In this document: positions 49,628 to 64,000 of the stretch, one piece after another
How positions within the stretch are numbered: position 1 is the stretch's first letter
Layout of the letters: each line of letters begins with the position of its first letter
Assembly (NCBI RefSeq): GCF_009914755.1
Contig: NC_060927.1
Length of the DNA stretch: 64,000 nt
Source: the human T2T-CHM13v2.0 reference genome, Homo sapiens
Strand: one strand, 5' to 3'
The notes under the pieces: generated by a model
Told to the model about the DNA's origin: nothing
Seen by the model: the letters and a program-made list of their open reading frames with translations, nothing else
The model's database searches: none
Program-made: the position numbers and the translations under genes

Positions 49628-50641
49628 TTACATTTTGGCATGATTTTGCATCGGCTGGTACCAGTTGTTCCTTTCCATGTTTAGCACTTCCTTCAGGAGC
49701 TCTTTTAGGGCAGGCCTGGTGGTGACAAAATCTCTCAGCATTTGCTTGTCTGTAAAGGATTTTATTTCTCCTTCACTTATGAAGCTCAGTTTGGCTGGAT
49801 ATGAAATTCTGGGTTGAAAATTCTTTTCTTTAAGAATGTTGAATATTGGCCCCCACTCTCTTCTGGTTTGTAGAGTTTCTGCCGAGAGATCTGCTGTTAG
49901 TCTGATGGGCTTCCCTTTGAGGGTAACCCGACCTTTCTCTCTGGCTGCCCTTAACATTTTTTCCTTCATTTCAACTTTGATGAATCTGACAATTATGTGT
50001 CTTGGAGTTGCTCTTCTCGAGGAGTATCTTTGTGGCGTTCTCTGTATTTCCTGAATCTGAATGTTGGCCTGCCTTGCTAGATTGGGGGAGTTCTCCTGGA
50101 TAATATCCTGCAGAGTGTTTTCCAACTTGGTTCCATTCTCCCCGTCACTTTCAGGTACACCAATCAGACGTAGACTTGGTCTTTTCACATAGTCCCATAT
50201 TTCTTGGAGGCTTTGCTCATTTCTTTTTATTCTTTTTTCTCTAAACTTCCCTTCTCGCTTCATTTCATTCATTTCATCTTCCATCGCTGATACCCTTTCT
50301 TCCAGTTGATCGCATTGGCTCCTGAGGCTTCTGCATTCTTCACGTAGTTCTTGAGCCTTGGTTTTCAGCTCCATCAGCTCCTTTAAGCACTTCTCTGTAT
50401 TGGTTATTCTAGTTATACATTCTTCTAAATTTTTTCAAAGTTTTCAACTTCTTTGCCTTTAGTTTGAATGTCCTCCCGTAGCTCGGAGTAATTTGATTGT
50501 CTGAAGCCTTCTTCTCTCAGTTCGTCAGTCATGCTCCGTCCAGCATTGTTCCGTTGCTGGTGAGGAACTGCGTTCCTTTGGAGGAGGAGAGTCGCTCTGC
50601 TTTTTAGAGTTTCCAGTTTTTCTGCTCTGCTTTTTCCCCAT
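49628..50641 (-). pseudogene. L1 ORF1, disrupted near its 5' end; C-terminal 248 aa open
   Basis: ATGGGGAAAAAG start at 50641; the open frame in the ORF track starts only at 50374; small deletions relative to consensus at ~50430-50530. Confidence 0.85.
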
Positions 50642-51096
50642 CTTTGTGGTTTTATCTACTTTTGGTCTTTGATGATGGTGATGTACAGATGGGTTTTTGG
50701 TGTGGATGTCCTTTCTGTTTGTTAGTTTTCCTTCTAACAGACAGGACCCTCAGCTGCAGGTCTGTTGGAGTACCCCGCCCTGTGAGGTGTCAGTCTGCCC
50801 CTGCTGGGGGGTGCCTCCCAGTTAGGCTGCTCGGGGGTCAGGGGTCAGGGACCCACTTGAGGACGCAGTCTGCCCATTCTCAGATCTCCAGCTGCGTGCT
50901 GGGAGAACCACTGCTCTCTTCAAAGCTGTCAGACAGGGACATTTAAGTCTGCAGAGGTTACTGCTGTCTTTTTGTTTGTCTGTGCCCTGCCCCCAGAGGT
51001 GGAGCCTATAGAGGCAGGCAGTCCTCTTTGAGCTGTGGTGGGCTCCACCCAGTTTGAGCTTCCAGGCTGCTTTGTTTACCTAAGCAAGCCTGGGCA

Positions 51097-51351
51097 ATGG
51101 CGGGTGCCCCTCCCCCAGCCTCGCTGCCGCCTTGCAGTTTGATCTCAGACTGCTGTGCTAGCAATCAGCGAGACTCCGTGGGCATAGGACCCTCCAAGCC
51201 AGGTGCGGGATATAATCTCATGGTGTGCCGTTTTTTAAGCCCGTGGGAAAAGCGCAGTATTCGGGTGGGAGTGACCCAACTTTCCAGGTGCCGTCTGTCA
51301 CCCCTTTCTTTGACTAGGAAAGGGAACTCCCTGACCCCTTGCGCTTCCTGA
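51097..51351 (+). CDS. L1 antisense ORF0 (84-aa variant); translation not demonstrated
   Basis: MAGAPPPASLPPCSLISDCCASNQRDSVG is the known ORF0 N-terminus; strong Kozak gcaATGG. Confidence 0.65.
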   Translation: MAGAPPPASLPPCSLISDCCASNQRDSVGIGPSKPGAGYNLMVCRFLSPWEKRSIRVGVTQLSRCRLSPLSLTRKGNSLTPCAS

Positions 51352-51736
51352 GTGAGGCAATGCCTTGCCCTGCTTCAGCTCGCGCACGGTGCACGCACCC
51401 ACTCACCTGCGCCCACTGTCTGGCACTCCCTAGTGAGATGAACCCAATACCTCAGATGGAAATGCAGAAATCATCCGTCTTCTGCGTCACTCACGCTGGG
51501 AGCTGTAGACCAGAGCTGTTCCTATTCAGCCATCATGAAAGGAGATTTTTAACCTGTGATTTAAAATCCAAATTTAGTAATGTAGTTTATTTTGGTTTGA
51601 AAATATTTGTTAATATCTCTTTAGTGCCAAAATCTATATTTAGAACACCCAAGATCATAAAACCAGCTAAAATGATGTGGGTTTTCAGTTTTGTCTTGTT
51701 GTTTCTTTTAAAAATCAAGATTAATTAGGGACTCTT

Positions 51737-56900
<5,164 letters not shown>

Positions 56901-56959
56901 TTAATTAGGGACTCTTAAAAATGTAGTTGGGATTTTAAAGTGAGGGCTTAAGTTGTTAA

Positions 56960-58135
56960 TTTTCTTTAAAATTTGAGATGGAATTTATATAATGTAAAAT
57001 TAATCATTTTAAAATGAATAGTTCAATTACGTTTAATACCCTCACATTTTTATGCAACCACCACAAAAACATTTTCATTACCCCCAAAGTAAACCCTGTC
57101 CCCATTAAGCAGTTACTCTCCATTCTTTCATCTACCTCTCTGTTGGTAAACACCAATCTACTTTCTGACTGCATGGATTTACCCACTCTGGATATTTTAT
57201 ATAAACAGATAATAGGATATATAACGTTTTATATCTTGCTTGTTTCACTTAGCTTAATGTTTTTAGGTTCATTCATGTCGTAGAATGTATCAGTGTGCCC
57301 CATTCTTTTTTATGCTGAATAATATTCCATTGTATGTATATATTATAATTTGTTTATACATTTATCTGTGGATGAATATTTGGGTCATTTCCACCTTTTG
57401 GCTATTGCAAATAATGCTGTTATGAACATGCCTATACACGTATTTGTTTCAACACATGTTTTTAGTTCTTTTGGATATATACCTTCTATGTTTAACATTT
57501 TCAGGAAACGCCAAACTGTTTTCCATAGGAACTACACCATTTTACATTCTCACCAGCAGTGTACGAGGGTTCCAGTTTCTTCGCATCCTCACCAATACTC
57601 ATTATTATTATTATTTTTAATTATAACCATCCTCCTGGGTGTGAAGTGGTATCTCATTGTAGACTTCGATTTGAAATTTCCATGACTAATGATGTCGAAT
57701 ATCTTTTCAAGGACAAGTGGACTATTTGTGCACCTTCTTTTGAGAACTGTCAATTCATGTGTTTTGCCGATTTTTTGTTGGGTTTTTACCTTTTGTTGTT
57801 GAATTATGAGTTATTTACATATTCTGGATACTAAACCCTTACAGATATATGATTTGCAAACATTTTCTCCCATTCTGTAACTGTCTGTTCACTTTCTTGA
57901 TAATGTTCTTTCATGTAAAAAAGTTTTTAATTTCTTTCTTTTGTTGCGAATGCTTTTGGTGTTGTAGCTTCCCAAATTCAAGGTCATGAAGGTTTATCCT
58001 ATGCTTTCTTCTAAGAATATTATGGTTTTACCTCTTATATTTAGACTGTTGATCCATTTTGAATTAATTTTTGTATATGGTATGAGGTAGGGGTCCAAAT
58101 TTATTCTTTTGCATGTGGATCTACAGTTGTCCCCG
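56960..58135 (-). mobile_element. L1MB 3' end
   Basis: attttcattacccccaaagtaaaccctgtccccattaagcagttactc 3'UTR motif. Confidence 0.8.
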
Positions 58136-59023
58136 CACAGGGCTTTAGTTGTGTGTACACACATGTGCTATGGGTAACTTTAAATGAGAGATTAAGAAGA
58201 CTTTCATGGTGAACAAAGAGGAATTAAGGAGTTTTTTTAGGTGAACAAGGACTAAGCAGGCCAGAGCCAAAGTCAAACCCTCACCAAAGATTAACAGGCC
58301 TCTGCCTGCATTCCTTGTCCTCTCCCACTAGCTGTTGACAGAACACTAGTTGTTGAGGAACAAGCCTGCCTGGAAAAAAGGGAAGAAAGGTACACTAGTT
58401 TGATGTGAGAAAAATGGTTAAAAGTATAAAAGACAGGTCATTGAGATTATCTTTCAACCTACTGCCTAGGGCATGTATGTCAGAACTTAGGTAATTACTA
58501 AATGAAACCATAAACAAATAAAAATTCAAGATGATAAACCTAACCACCAAAGACACTTCTGCATGGTGGAGTGTTATCAATAGATGAGGAGGGTGAAGGG
58601 GCAGGAGATATGTGTCCTGTTTGCTGCCCCATCCTGACCAACATGGGCCATTTTCTTCCTCCCCAGGGGCAAAGGAACCAGCAGAGTCTTGGAGGGCCCC
58701 CCCTGTCAGCCAGGATGATGTTTGTGAGAATGCAATGGCAGAATGGCTGTGACAAACTCAGGTTGCCTGATGGCATGAGGTATGTTAGAAACTGAAGCTG
58801 CTGTCAGGACAAAATGTAAACTGGAACAAATTCTACCAAATGGGTAAAGAGTATGACATGGATTCTTTTTTGCCCATGTGAGTCACACCATGGGAACCAG
58901 AATGAGAGATGTAGAGCCTGCCTTCCAGAGATTTTTGCTGAGACAGGGAGTTACTGACGTGCCCTTACAAAATTCTAGTTATATAAAAGGTAAGTTTCAA
59001 AAGTGGCATTTTCCATGATGTAA

Positions 59024-59155
59024 CTGTGGCAGAGATGGCCAGTTGCGCATCAGAAATTTGTATTCTCCTCCATGGTATACAACTGTTGCTGAGAAGTGGC
59101 TGTCCAATGAGGACTACATTTCTCAGCCTTCTTCCATCTAAATGGGGTCATATGG
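59024..59155 (+). mobile_element. MLT1I/J-like LTR 5' part, interrupted by L1
   Basis: tgtggcagagatggcc...ggactacatttctcagcc. Confidence 0.55.
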
Positions 59156-59160
59156 GGGTA

Positions 59161-64000
<4,840 letters not shown>

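Overview
Primate, almost certainly human, genomic DNA; a human-specific AluYb8 diagnostic is present. The only supportable cellular gene is MB21D2 (C3orf59; Mab-21/cGAS-like nucleotidyltransferase fold, chr3q29 from recall). Only its first coding exon (minus strand, 3805..3595), its CpG-island promoter and the start of intron 1 are in the window. The remaining ~60 kb upstream is intergenic and repeat-rich: about 30 Alus, solo LTRs (LTR12, THE1C, MSTB, MLT1, MLT2), a near full-length L1PA3, a 5'-truncated L1PA6 and older L1s. I see no new multi-gene biological system. The most interesting signals are structural or regulatory: an Alu+L1 unit sharing one TSD; a 45-bp templated insertion copied into an Alu from 1.2 kb away; an AluYb8 nested in a chimeric Alu; an L1PA3 lacking both its YY1 and ZNF93 sites but retaining ORF0 and an intact endonuclease ORF; an LTR12 pointing at MB21D2; a 5'UTR G-quadruplex; and a UG repeat by the splice donor. 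Repeat subfamilies were assigned from recalled consensus sequences, not from a search, and boundaries without TSDs are approximate.
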